This document shows positions 51,111 to 63,551 of a stretch of 64,000 nucleotides of DNA, in pieces (the first letter of the stretch is position 1; every line of letters begins with the position of its first letter). This DNA comes from Isurus oxyrinchus (Eukaryota). The notes beneath the pieces were generated by a model. The model worked only from the letters and a program-made list of their open reading frames with translations, had not been told where the DNA came from and made no database searches. Made by a program: the position numbers and the translations under genes. Where the stretch lies: the NCBI GenBank assembly GCA_026770705.1, contig JANJGN010000132.1, forward strand, positions 124,001-188,000, given 5' to 3'.

Positions 51111-51586
51111 CAATAATGTTCTTTAGTTCTAAAAGCCAAATATTGCTGGAAATTTGAAATAAAAATGAAAAGAAAACATTCGAAATGCTTAGCTGAAGTT
51201 TGTCTGTTTCCTGGACATGTGTCCCTGAACAAACAGAATGAAATCAATAAATAAATAAATAACTCCTGTCAGCATCATGTCGCAGTTTCTTGGAAACTGT
51301 TGTACAGCAAATTGCTGCTGAATATTCTACTTTACGACAATGAGAACATTTCCACGGTCATTCATTGGCTGCTAAGTGTTTTGGGAGAATCTGATGCTGG
51401 GGAGGACGCTATATAAATGAAAGGTTACCTTCAGTGTGTTTTTGTTTCCTTTGGAAGGATACTCGAACGGGAAAATTGGCAAATGGGACACATTCTCTGA
51501 CTTTTAATCATTCCAAACTATTTCTTGTCTTGGACAGAGATTGGCACCAAGAATGGCCTTGAGCTTTCTCGGGTTGTGTCTCTTAC

Positions 51587-51896
51587 CCTCAGGTTTGGTG
51601 ATGTTTCGGCTTTGAGTGACCCCTTTATGAGTCACCTAGCAGGTATAGAGCGTATGACTGAACCAGTCCCCAGCGGGGACTGTCAACCGACTGGTTGCCG
51701 AGAAGTTCCTGTTCACTTCAAAGCTGGGAGAGGTGACGAAGCCCAAGGCCATGGCCTGTCCATTCTTCAGCCATTTCACCTTGATTGAATTTGGACGGAA
51801 ATCAACGATTGAACAGACGATGGTTGCAGATCTGCTGCTTGTGATTTCTTCACTGGGGCTCACGGTAAGCAGAACCGTGATGATGCAGCACAATAT
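51587..51896 (-). pseudogene. IGHM: IgM CH2 exon with frameshift and in-frame stop
   Basis: ttcttgcag|...[27 protein letters not shown]...WLKNG...LYTC*VTHKGVTQSRNITKPE|gtaag. TAG at 51636-51638; the exon is 310 nt, out of frame with the phase-1 CH1 donor. Confidence 0.9.
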
Positions 51897-52489
51897 CTGC
51901 AAGAAAATACATATTATTAGGAATTAATTTTGCTTCAAGCCAAACAATTAAAAACTCTAAAACAATTTACATAAAATCCACAGGACAGAACCAGGCCAGG
52001 CGGCCCCATAGTTCAATGCTGGAGTTTAGGATCCACACGAACATCCTCTCGCCCTATTTCACCTCGCAGTTTAAAAACCACCTCCATTACAATCTCCCTC
52101 ATGTACCTATTAAGATTCCCCTCAATAGGGTCTCAGTAACATCTCACCTCCAGAAATTCCCATATTCCGCTTACTCTTTGTGTAAAGAAGATTCAGATTT
52201 GCCAATTGTTTTTTTTTAACATTCTGTTGTTAACATGAGCTCTAATTCTTGTCTAATCTATCAAATTATTTCGGAAGTCTGAGGACCTTTATTCGGTCAC
52301 AACACAACTTTTTATTTTGTAGAGAATAGACCACCAACCCGCTGTTACTTAACAGAAATAATCTATCAGCTCTGGTATTGTCCTTGTACGTAGTTTTTCT
52401 CCTATTGCAACGCCCCTGTAGCATTCTTCTTACGAGGAAACCAGAACTACATGCAGTGTACTCGATGTGATTTGGAGGGGGATAACTGC

Positions 52490-52720
52490 ACACAGTACAC
52501 CTATTGTGATGTGGAGGCCTTAATTATACACAGTACACTACTTTGTGATGTGGAGAACAAAACTATCCACAGTACAATAACTGTGATGTGGAGACCTGAG
52601 CTGTGCATATCACACTAAGTGTGATGTGCAGGCCAGAACTCTACACAATCCACTAAGTGTGCTGTGGAGAATACAGGTATCCACACTAAGTGTCATATGG
52701 GCACCTGAACTATACATAAA
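52490..52720. repeat. Degenerate ~38-bp tandem repeat in the CH1-CH2 intron
   Basis: cacagtaca...tgtgatgtggag units at 52491, 52529, 52568, decaying after that. Confidence 0.65.
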
Positions 52721-52836
52721 ACTCTCACTCCATTCTAACCCATGTGATGCAGAATTTGAACATAACTCATTTGCTGACCACGTGCACCCTTCACCCAGCC
52801 CCGCCACTGCCGCCATGTGCATCCCACAACACGAAC

Positions 52837-53136
52837 CTGGCATTTCCTTCAGCCAGACCGAGTCACTCCGTCGAACCTCGCAGTAGATTGTGCTGCTTCC
52901 CACCTCGGATTCGGTGATGGTTAACTGGCTGCTCAGGGTGTGGGTTCCCTTCTTGTTCAGTACTGATGGGTAAGTCTTCAATCCAGCTGTGATCGTCTCC
53001 TGATCTTTCTTCCAGGAAACGCTGGTGATTTCGGGGGAGTAGTCCGCAGCCAAACAGCCGTAGGTGATGGAGCCGGCAGTGTTTGCTTGTTCACAGGAGG
53101 AGAGCAGAGCGTAGAGGGTGGGGGGAGACGGTGTCG
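52837..53136 (-). CDS. IGHM: IgM CH1 exon (intact)
   Basis: tttgcag|(G)CG ACA CCG: [17 protein letters not shown]...[19 protein letters not shown]...[17 protein letters not shown]|gt; 300 nt, both domain Cys, the Trp and the extra N-terminal Cys present. Confidence 0.95.
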
Positions 53137-53464
53137 CTGCAAATGAAAAGTCAATTGAACAAGTTAAAAATGTGATTCGTGAGTATAAAATAAGCAAATT
53201 GTTCGAAGTTTAATATTGGGATAATTTATTTCCAAAATATCCTGGTCATAAATTGCATTTAGGCGTTGATATGCCCGACGGGACACACCGCCATAATGGC
53301 CAGTCTTGTACACAAGATGAGGCACAAGTCGGAAAAGGGAAATACTGCCCAAGAGGCCACATAACTGCGAGTTAAATAAGGGATATTGTAACCTGGGCTT
53401 CCTCCAGCCCTTACTCCTCTATTGAGGAAAATGTCAATCATTCCTCAAACACTTTCACTTTAGA

Positions 53465-55661
53465 ACAAAAACAGAATTACCTGGAAAAACTCAGCAGGTC
53501 TGGCAGCATCAGCGGAGAAGAAAAGAGTTGACGTTTCGAGTCCTCATGACCCTTCGACAGAACTTGAGTTCGAGTCCAAGAAAGAGTTGAAATATAAGCT
53601 GGTTTAAGGTGTGTGTGTGGGGGGCGGAGAGATAGAGAGAGAGAGAGAGAGAGGTTGGGGTTGTGGGGGGGGGATGTGGTTGTGTGGACAAACAAGCAGT
53701 GGTAGAAGCAGATCATCCAAAGATGTCAACGACAATGGTACAATAGAACACATAGGTGTTAAAGTTAAAGTTGGTGATAATATCTAAACGAATGTGCTAA
53801 TTAAGAATGGATGGTAGGGCACTCAAGGTATAGCTCTAGTGGGGTTTTTTTATACAATAGAAATAGGTGGGAAAAGGAAAATCTTTATAATTTATTGGGG
53901 AAAAAAAGGAAGGTGGAAACAGAAAGGGGTTGGGATGGGGGAGGGAGCTCACAACCTAAAGTTGTTGAATTCAATATTCAGTCTGGAAGGCTGCAAGGTG
54001 CCTAGTCGGAAGATGAGGTGTTGTTCCTCCAGCTTGTGTTGGGCTTCACTGGAACAATGCAGCAAGCCAAGGACAGACATGTGGGCAAGAGAGCAGGGTG
54101 GAGTGTTAAAATGGCAAGCGACAGGGAGGTTTGGGTCATTCTTGCGGACAGACCGCAGGTGTTCTGCAAAGCGGTCGCCCAGTTTACATTTGTTCTCTCC
54201 AATGTAGAGGAGACCACATTGGGAGCAACGAATGCAGTAAACTAAGTTGGGGGAAATGCAAGTGAAATGCTGCTTCACTTGAAAGGAATGTTTGGGCCCT
54301 TGGACGGTGAGGAGAGAGGAAGTGAAGGGGCAGGTGTTACATCTTTTGCGTGGGCATGGGGTGGTGCCATAGGAGGGGGTTGAAGAGTAGGGGGTGATGG
54401 AGGAGTGGACCAGGGTGTCCCGGAGGGAGTGATCCCTACGGAATGCCGATAAGGGGGGTGAAGGGAAGATCTGTTTGGTGGTGGCATCATGCTGGAGTTG
54501 GCGGAAATGGCGAAGGATGATCCTTTGAATGCGGAGGCTGGTGGGGTGATCAGTGAGGACAAGGGGGACCCTAGCATGTTTCTGGGAGGGAGGAGAAGGC
54601 GTGAGGGCGGATGCGCGGGAGATGGGCCGGACACGGTTGAGGGCCCTGTCAACGACCGTGGGTGGAAAACCTCGGTTAAGGAAGAAGGAGGACATGTCAG
54701 AGGAACTGTTTTTGAAGGTAGCATCATCGGAACAGATGCGACGGAGACGAAGGAACTGGGAGAATGGGATGGAGTCCTTACAGGAAGCGGGGTGTGAGGA
54801 GCTGTAGTCGAGGTAGCTGTGGGAGTCAGTGGGTTTGTAATGGATATTGGTGGACAGTCTATCACCAGAGATTGAGACAGAGAGGTCAAGGAAGGGAAGG
54901 GAAGTGTCAGAGATGGACCACGTGAAAATGATGGAGGGGGGGAGATTGGAAGCAAAATTAATAAATTTTTCCAAGTCCCGACGAGAGCATGAAGCGGCAC
55001 CGAAGTAATCATCGATGTACCGGAGAAAGAGTTGTGGAAGGGGGCCGGAGTAGGACTGCAACAAGGAATGTTCCACATACCCCATAAAGAGACAGGCATA
55101 GCTGGGGCCCATGCGGGTACCCATAGCCACACCTTTTATTTGGAGGAAGTGAGAGGAGTTGAAGGAGAAATTGTTCAACGTGAGAACAAGTTCAGCCAGA
55201 CGGAGGAGAGTAGTGGTGGATGGGGATTGTTTGGGCCTCTGTTCGAGGAAGAAGCTAAGGGCGCTCAGACCATCCTGGTGGGGGATGGAGTTGTAGAGGG
55301 ATTGGACGTCCATGGTGAAGAGGAAGCGGTTGGGGCCATGGAACTGGAAATTGTTGATGTGACATAAGGTGTCTGAGGAATCACGGATGTAGGTGGGAAG
55401 GGACTGGACAAGGGGAGAAAGAAGGGAGTCAAGATAACGAGAGATGAGTTCTGTGGGGCAGGAGCAAGCTGAGACGATCGGTCTACCGGGGCAGTTCTGT
55501 TTGTGGATTTTGGGTAGGAGATAGAAGCTGACCATCCGAGGTTGGGCGACTATCAGGTTGGAAGCTGTGGGTGGGAGATCCCCAGAGGCGATGAGGTCAG
55601 TGACAGTCCTAGAAACAATGGCTTGATGTTCAGTGGCGGGGTCATGGTCCAGGGAGAGGTA
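53465..55661 (-). mobile_element. Penelope-like element, left arm (5'-truncated; open RT + GIY-YIG frame 53949-~55660)
   Basis: FYLLPKIHK..PGRPIVS, MDVQSLY, QIKGVAMGT, FLRYIDD and NLVYCIRC..CGLLYIGE motifs; 3' UTR and pLTR extend to 53465. Confidence 0.93.
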
Positions 55662-57517
55662 CTTTAGCTTCTTCCTCGAACAGAGGCCCGAACAATCCCC
55701 ATCCACCTCTACTCTCCTCCGTCTGGCTGAACTTGTTCTCACACTGAACAATTTCTCCTTCAACTCCTCTCACTTCCTCCAAATAAAAGGTGTGGCTATG
55801 GGTACCCACATGGGCCCCAGCTATGCCTGTCTCTTTATGGGGTATGTGGAACATTCCTTGTTGCAGTCCTACTCCGGCCCCCTTCCACAACTCTTTCTCC
55901 GGTACATCGATGATTACTTCGGTGCCGCTTCATGCTCTCGTCGGGACTTGGAAAAATTTATTAATTTTGCTTCCAATCTCCACCCCTCCATCATTTTCAC
56001 GTGGTCCATCTCTGACACTTCCCTTCCCTTCCTTGACCTCTCTGTCTCAATCTCTGGTGATAGACTGTCCACCAATATCCATTTCAAACCCACTGACTCC
56101 CACAGCTACCTCGACTACAGCTCCTCACACCCCGCTTCCTGTAAGGACTCCATCCCATTCTCCCAGTTCCTTCACCTCCGTCGCATCTGTTCCGATGATG
56201 TTACCTTCAAAAACGGTTCCTCTGACATGTCCTCCTTCTTCCTCTACTGAGGTTTTCCACCCATGGTCGTTGACAGGGCCCTCAACCGTGTCCGGCCCAT
56301 CTCCTGCACATCCGCCCTCACGCCTTCTCCTCCCTCCCAGAAACATGATAGGGTCCCCCTTGTCCTCACTTATCACCCCACCAGCCTCCGCATTCAAAAG
56401 ATCATCCTCCGCCATTTCCGCCAACTCCAGCATGATGCCACCACCAAACACATCTTCCCTTCACCCCCCTTATTGGCATTCCGTAGGGATCGCTCCCTCC
56501 GGGACACCCTGGTCCACTCCTCCATCACCCCCTACTCCTCAACCACCTACTATGGCACCACTCCATGCCCACGCAAAAGATGTAACACCTGCCCCTTCAC
56601 TTCCTCTCTCCTCACCGTCCAAGGGCCCAAACACTCCTTTCAAGTGAAGCAGTATTTCACTTGCATTTCCCCCAACTTGGTCTACTGCATTCGTTGCTCC
56701 CAATGTGGTCTCCTCTACATTGGAGAGACCAAACGTAAACTGGGCAACTGCTTTGCAGAACACCTGTGGTCTGTCCGCAAGAATGACCCAAACCTCCCTG
56801 TCGCTTGCCATTTTAACACTCCACCCTGCTCTCTTGCCTACATGTCTGTCCTTGGCTTGCTGCATTGTTCCAGTGAAGCCCAACGCAAACTGGAGGAACA
56901 ACAGCTCATCTTCCGACTAGGCACCTTACTGCCTTCCGGACTGAATATTGAATTCAACAACTTTAGGTTGTGAGCTCCCTCCCCCATCCCCACCCCCTTT
57001 CAGATTCCCCCTTCCTTTTTTTCCCAATAAATTATAAAGATTTTCCTTTTCCCACCTATTTCTATTATATAAAAAAAACCCCACTAGAGCTATACCTTGA
57101 GTGCCCTACCATCCATTCTTAATTAGCACATTCGTTTAGATAATATCACCAACTTTAACTTTAACACCTATGTGTTCTATTGTACCATTGTCGTTGACAT
57201 CTTTTGATGATCTGCTTCTATCACTGCTTGTTTGTCCACACAGCCACATCCCCCCGCCCCCCCCCCACCCCCCCCCCCCCCCCCACAACCCCAACCTCTC
57301 TCTCTCTCTCTCTATCTCTCCGCCCCCCACACACACACCTTAAACCAGCTTATATTTCAACTCTTTCTTGGACTCGAACTCAAGTTCTGTCGAAGGGTCA
57401 TGAGGACTCGAAACGTCAACTCTTTTCTTCTCCGCTGATGCTGCCGGACCTGCTGAGTTTTTCCAGGTAATTCTGTTTTTGTTTTGGATTTCCAGCATCC
57501 GCAGTTTTTTTGTTTTT
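55662..57517 (+). mobile_element. Penelope-like element, right arm (inverted copy; stop at 56248-56250)
   Basis: ORFs 55633-56250 and 56263-56973 mirror the left arm; TSD actttcactttaga at 53451-53464 and 57518-57531. Confidence 0.93.
57383..57421 (+). ncRNA. Minimal hammerhead-ribozyme-like motif in the pLTR (variant core CUGUCGA)
   Basis: AGUU-CUGUCGA-A-GGGUC(AUGAG)GACUC-GAAAC-GUC-AACU; mirrored at ~53526-53564. Confidence 0.5.
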
Positions 57518-57989
57518 ACTTTCACTTTAGACCCTTCCACATTATTTTCACTGAGCTCTCGCTTAAAGTATTTTACTATCAACCTCTTCTCACCAGCAAA
57601 TGACTAAATTAATGCACTAACATTTACCTATCTCTGGGCCAGGATGGCCGATTATCTCCCATGACGGACATCAGTGGGCCAGAGGGGTTTTTATGCTAAT
57701 TTATTGTAGTTTCATTATCAACATGTTGTCGTTTTCAGAGGATAAACGTGGATGATGCTTGGCAGCATTTACTCTAAAGATTATGTAACTCTGACCGGTG
57801 GATCGACTAGCTTCATTACTTGCAGGCAATGTTTTAGCACTTTTATAAAGCATGACCCAGAGTTGATCAATGAGACTATTTGATAGCATGGACAGTTGGT
57901 TTTCGGCCAATCACAATTTTGAATTAACTCTCCAAATTTGCCAATTCTCAATGATGTTTACAAATAATCAATTATTTCAGCTATCTTGG

Positions 57990-58775
57990 TTAGATAAACA
58001 GATAGATAGATAGACAGAGAGTTAAAGAGATCAGTAGATNNNNNNNNNNNNNNNNNNNNNNNNNNNNNNNNNNNNNNNNNNNNNNNNNNNNNNNNNNNNN
58101 NNNNNNNNNNNNNNNNNNNNNNNNNNNNNNNNNNNNNNNNNNNNNNNNNNNNNNNNNNNNNNNNNNNNNNNNNNNNNNNNNNNNNNNNNNNNNNNNNNNN
58201 NNNNNNNNNNNNNNNNNNNNNNNNNNNNNNNNNNNNNNNNNNNNNNNNNNNNNNNNNNNNNNNNNNNNNNNNNNNNNNNNNNNNNNNNNTGGATGGATAG
58301 AGAGAGAGAGCGATAGAAAAAGAGCGATAGAGAATGATAGAAGATAGAGACAGACAGATACATAGATAAACAGATCTATAGATACATAGATAGACAGATC
58401 TATAGATACATAGAAAGACAGATCTATAGATACCTAGATAGACAGATCTATAGATACCTAGATAGACAGATCTATAGATACATAGATAGACAGATCTATA
58501 GAAAGATAGATAGACANNNNNNNNNNNNNNNNNNNNNNNNNNNNNNNNNNNNNNNNNNNNNNNNNNNNNNNNNNNNNNNNNNNNNNNNNNNNNNNNNNNN
58601 NNNNNNNNNNNNNNNNNNNNNNNNNNNNNNNNNNNNNNNNNNNNNNNNNNNNNNNNNNNNNNNNNNNNNNNNNNNNNNNNNNNNNNNNNNNNNNNNNNNN
58701 NNNNNNNNNNNNNNNNNNNNNNNNNNNNCATCCATCTTTGCATCGATGGATGGAAAATGGATGCATGAATAGATA
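57990..58775. repeat. (GATA/GACA)n satellite with a 24-bp higher-order unit; N gaps 58040-58289 and 58517-58728
   Basis: atagatacatagatagacagatct repeated over ~58355-58516. Confidence 0.9.
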
Positions 58776-60964
58776 AATGTTCAGAAAAAGGAGTTCCATC
58801 TACCCTGCACAATCAAACGTTCACAGTTCACAGACTGCACTGATTAGATACAAGAGAGAAGAACATTGAAGTTCCACATAAAACCCACAGCCCTAGTAAG
58901 GCCTTGGAACAAGAGTAAAATTGCCTCTCTGATAGTTCATCAAATGTCCTTCGGGCAGTTGGAATCAGGTTGTGCATTGAGTTAAGTTAAATTCATATTT
59001 TTCCAGCTCTCATTCCCACCGTAGTTTCCGTTTAACAAGGAGTAAGGCACCATACTGTCTATTTACGTTGCACAAGTTATTTTCAGATTCGATCATATCG
59101 CAGAAGGTAACATTACAGTGACTTCCTGTAACTGTCCTGAAATTAAGCTTTAGATCAGGCCAATCTGATTCAAGTATTATCTGCTATTGAAAATGTTTAA
59201 TCATCATCCCTTAATCACAAACTTGGCTTTTTTTTAGAATGAAACGTATGTTAAATTATCGATCTGCTACTTCATTGAAGGAATTGAATCATTTACTTTT
59301 ACATATCTAATTCGGAGCACTCACGCCCAATGCATTTGATACTGATTAAAGTTCCTTGAAAATTGAGAGTGCCAACACTCTCATGTCAGATACAGAACAG
59401 GTGAATTATACTAAAACTCTCTTTGCACAGTCCTGTGAAGCGCTGTATTTCAGGAATATAAATGGTGGGATGCATTCTAAAACACCCTCTATTCCGCATT
59501 GTTAGTTAAAACTTGCGTTTAGACTGGACCATCAACAAACCACAGGCTCTGATACAGCAAACACTGAACAGGAAAAATATCTTTCTACACTTTGCATTCC
59601 TTCTGAATTCCACAAACTCGGAAACTGATCTTATTTCTGAGACATATTCTCAAACTTAAGAACAGATTTGCATCTTTCTCGGATATACAAACTTCTTAAA
59701 TAAATGGTCCGAAATTAATTCCCTGAATTACAGGAGAATGAACCAGGAAGTTCACAAACAGCCAGAAGGCTCCCGATTCCCGCACAGTGACCACGCACAT
59801 AGAAACAGAACAGACATAAACAATGCAAAAATCAGTCTATTAAAGATAGATTTCTCCATTATCTATTAATCTGTTTGAATAGATTAAAACGTTTGTAAAT
59901 TTATGACCATGTCACTTCTGTGAAATTATTTTGCTTCTAAATGGAAAAAACTCCATTTGACGGGCCTCAATTTCTCCCTGTCTGTGTACAGCTTTCACAA
60001 CAGCCTTGGAGTAAGTTTGGCTGAGAACAGGTACATCAAAATAATTTACATTCATGGTAATTTATGTCTATAACAGGGACATTGTAACAGAGCAAAAATT
60101 TAACAAATCGGGAGATATTTACACTGAACTCCTATTATTCACTGACATAATTTCAGAATAATATATAATCATTGAAACTGCTGAGGCAAAGCACGAAGAT
60201 AATTAATTAAATTGTAGAGCAATATCCAATGGAGCCAAAGGTAGTTGAGTGAGAAACATGTTGCTTTCCAAGTTAATTGAAAATAATTTTAAAAATTCTT
60301 CAACAATGAGTTTTAACTTTAATCCTGGACCCAGCGCAGCACATTTGAGAGATTTTTTTTGTAATTAATTCGTAGTGATCTTAGACTCTATTTTCATATT
60401 GGTGATATTTAACTCCATTATGCCAAATTTGTTAATAATTTTATTCTTCTTCTGATTTGTCTCTTGTTAATAATAGGCTTAATTAAATTAAGGTGACACT
60501 TCTTAAATTAACCAAATCATTCCATAAACTTCTGGACAAATACATTATATTAGTTTTAATACATTAAGTTGATCAACAATTTATAAGAATGTGCTCTTAT
60601 ATCTACACCCGTGTAAGATTTCCATGTTTGTGATTATGTTTGCACGATGTAAAAGCTCTTCTGTTCTAAACGTGTATTTCACATGATATATTTATAAGTG
60701 GGCAGCTTAAAAATGTTCAAGCACTATCCGGGTACTCATATCGGTAATAAAAATTGGAGTGCAACATCCTCTAGTCACTAAAGCAGTACTACGGAGTTTA
60801 AATATCAACCCACATTCCAACAGCAGTTTTATTTTTAATAATTAATGTAGCCCTGGCAATTTGGCGCCATTTTCGGAGCCTCCCCTTGATAATAATACAG
60901 CCAAACTTCGATGTATCATTCCCGTAATCCACACAATGCACGTAAATGTGTTTCAAACGTATAA

Positions 60965-61163
60965 TGAAAATAAAATGCTGCGGATGCTGGAAATCTGATA
61001 TAAAAACGGAAAATGCTGGCAAAACTCAGCACGTCTGGAAGCATCAGTGGAGAGAGAAACAGAGTTAACATTTCGAATCCATATGACTCTTCTTCAGATC
61101 TCTGCTTCTCCATGGACAGATGCTGCCAGTCCTGCTGAGTATTTGTTCAGCATTTTTTTATTT
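60965..61163. mobile_element. Penelope-like pLTR (minus) plus a shorter inverted copy (plus)
   Basis: cggatgctggaaatctga...ttcgaatccatatgactcttcttcag followed by cagatgctgcc...cctgctgagtattt. Confidence 0.75.
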
Positions 61164-63079
61164 AAATATTTAATGCTACTTATTGAAATTAAGATCCACA
61201 ATCATCAATGCAGAACTGAGAGATAACTATTACTCTGCATCACTGAAATTCAACGAGCAAAAAGAACAACGATTTTAATGAGAATTAAAGGTAGCTCCCA
61301 TTTAATTCAACCCGTATATCTCACAGTTTTGCAAGATTGGTAGTTGTTCTTCAATTCAAAAGTTTATAATTAAGCCAACCTGCTTCAATAGCAATGTTTG
61401 CCCATCTCCAGCCATATGTATTCTGAACTTTCTCTGAATTTGAATTGAATTATTGAGCAATTCCTTAACGGCAAACTGTTTAAGATTAGCTTAGTGATAA
61501 TGGGCTACACCAAAATTGAAGGAACAGCGCCGTTTGGCTGCACAGCAAAGCTTCAGCAACCCGGCAGATATATTAAATTAGCCTGCTGCAATTTACAAAA
61601 TGCATTTAATATTGATAATTAATTAGCATCTTTCAACCTGCGTTAACCAGGGAGGAACCAATTAATTTAAAATCCTTGTTCAAACTAAACGCGGCAGTGC
61701 GATCAGTGTGTATTATAATTTAAAAAAAAACACCATGGAAATTGCTGGAACCTCTGCATTTGTCCGGCTGCTATTAATTGTGCTGTGTTTTGCAGCATAG
61801 TTGTGGATAGCACAGATTATCTGCTAAATGTCTAACAATAATATTTTTTTATTGTTGTAATCTTGGGAAATATTGCCGCATTATAACCGTTTGAGTTATA
61901 TTCATTTAACTCCCCATCACAGTTGAAATTCGCTGGTTATATCCTTTAACATTGCATTATTACCTTAAGTATTAAATAGGAATATCGGAAACAAAATATT
62001 AATTTTTGAATCTGCAATTAGCACTGAAATAAAAATGCATCAATATATCTATCACAGTTGATTAAAAAGCCTGCCTGCTTTATAACTATAACCTTCCTTC
62101 ACAATGGTTTAAGCACATCATCAACACACGGTATGTGATCGAAAATACGCGTTGTAGCTTCACCAAACAGTTCCACGAGCTTTAACTGTTCAAAGTAACC
62201 CAGGCACATACTCTCCTCAGCACTTAACACTAAATCACAACACCGAGGGACTGAATCCAACAACTGCTTAATTACCTAAGTCCTTTCAGCAGAATCAGAT
62301 GCAACATTTCAAATCAACCTCAGTACATCGCACAGAAATTGCCTTTCATTGAACAAGTCATTTATTAAAATAAACAGAAATATGAAACAATGGCAGAAGA
62401 ATTATACTTCAATGCCTCATATTTAATGCATTGTGTTGATTTTCACTGTATACTTTAGTAATATCTGGCGACATTACTGCATTTTAATGTTTCAAGTTGT
62501 TTTCATTTAATCCTGACCCAGGCAGCAAATTTGTTAACCCTGTTGTTCTTAGTTATCGTAGCATTTCACTTATTTAAGATGAACGTTGGTCAGCATTATA
62601 TTGATATTTTACAGCGCAGTTAAACACAAATAAAAATGGCAAACATTTATTTTAAAACCCATAGTTTAAAATGACATTTTTGACCTTGATAGCACTCGGT
62701 TTCCTGTCTATAATCTTATTTCCAACACTTTTAAACACAATGTTAGTCGATTAGAAAACTTGCAGCAATCAGATGTCACCGAGATGAAACATGGCAGAAA
62801 CACCAAACTGATTAACAAAACTCATGTATTTAAAGTAAGCCAGGCACAAAGCCTCATCAGCAGATAAAAGGCAAATCACTCAAACAAGTCCTTAAAACTC
62901 CCAGAGCTTTTTTTTTGCCAAGAAGCAGGAGAATTGTTCAATCCCTTTGAAGCATAATTAAATGAAACATTGTAAACACAGAATGCAAAGTTACGGTTAA
63001 CAAATTAATGACTAAAATAAACAGAAATGTGAAACAATGAAGCAAATCCAACAGCGCAGAATGAAGGCATGTTTCTTAC

Positions 63080-63127
63080 CTGCAGTCACCGTCACCATGG
63101 TTCCTTGGCCCCAGTAATCCATATAGT
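63080..63127 (-). CDS. IGHJ: IgH J segment (YMDYWGQGTMVTVTA)
   Basis: WGxG motif; donor G|GTAAG at 63080/63079. Confidence 0.96.
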
Positions 63128-63166
63128 CACTGTGTTACATTCGCTGATCTGAGTCACACAATAACC
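63128..63166. promoter_or_regulatory. J 23-RSS
   Basis: CACTGTG (63128-63134), 23-nt spacer, ACAATAACC (63158-63166). Confidence 0.93.
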
Positions 63167-63484
63167 AGTTCTGCACACAAGGGGAGAAATTCAATATTAA
63201 TTTAAATGTTACAAACCGAGAGGCAAAGTAAAATCATGATTGACTTTATCAAAAATGTAAAATTGCGAAATATTTTTAAAACTTTATAAATTAAACTGTT
63301 TTATTTGTAATTCACAGAGTATCTGATGATCATGCATTGAAATCAGCAACCACTGATTTAATAATTAACACTTTAGCACCTCTTGTCAGTGGGGGAGCTC
63401 CAGGCACAGATAGGAGTTTGTTTAATATCGTTGTATTGTAAAAAAAAATGCATCGACTGAAATGCAATCAATTTGCCCCGACGA

Positions 63485-63551
63485 GGTTTTTGCATTAACA
63501 GTAACGACTGTGCCATCCAACATCACTGTGAGACGCACCATGTCAGAAACT
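63485..63551 (-). other. IgH D2 segment (ATGTTGGATGG, 63513-63523) with 12/12 RSS
   Basis: Plus strand: ggtttttgc-12-gactgtg | ccatccaacat | cactgtg-12-tcagaaact. Confidence 0.92.

Noticed and set aside
52490-52720. CACAGTA-containing repeat as a switch-region or RSS array
   Set aside because: No nonamers, not G-rich or AGCT-dense; best explained as a small decayed minisatellite.
55662-55763. N-terminus of the 604-aa ORF (MKEKLF...KKLKY) as a real start
   Set aside because: It is read-through into the antisense of the right arm; the PLE is 5'-truncated at the inversion junction.
54275-56647. Two 285-aa Ser/Pro-rich ORFs
   Set aside because: Alternative frames of the pyrimidine-rich PLE coding strand, duplicated only because of the palindrome.
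57958-58812. ORFs spanning the GATA satellite
   Set aside because: Artefacts of simple repeats and N gaps.
62366-62392. 27-nt near-copy of the J-proximal intron sequence at 63013-63039 (relic second J?)
   Set aside because: No WGxG, splice donor or RSS at the expected offset.
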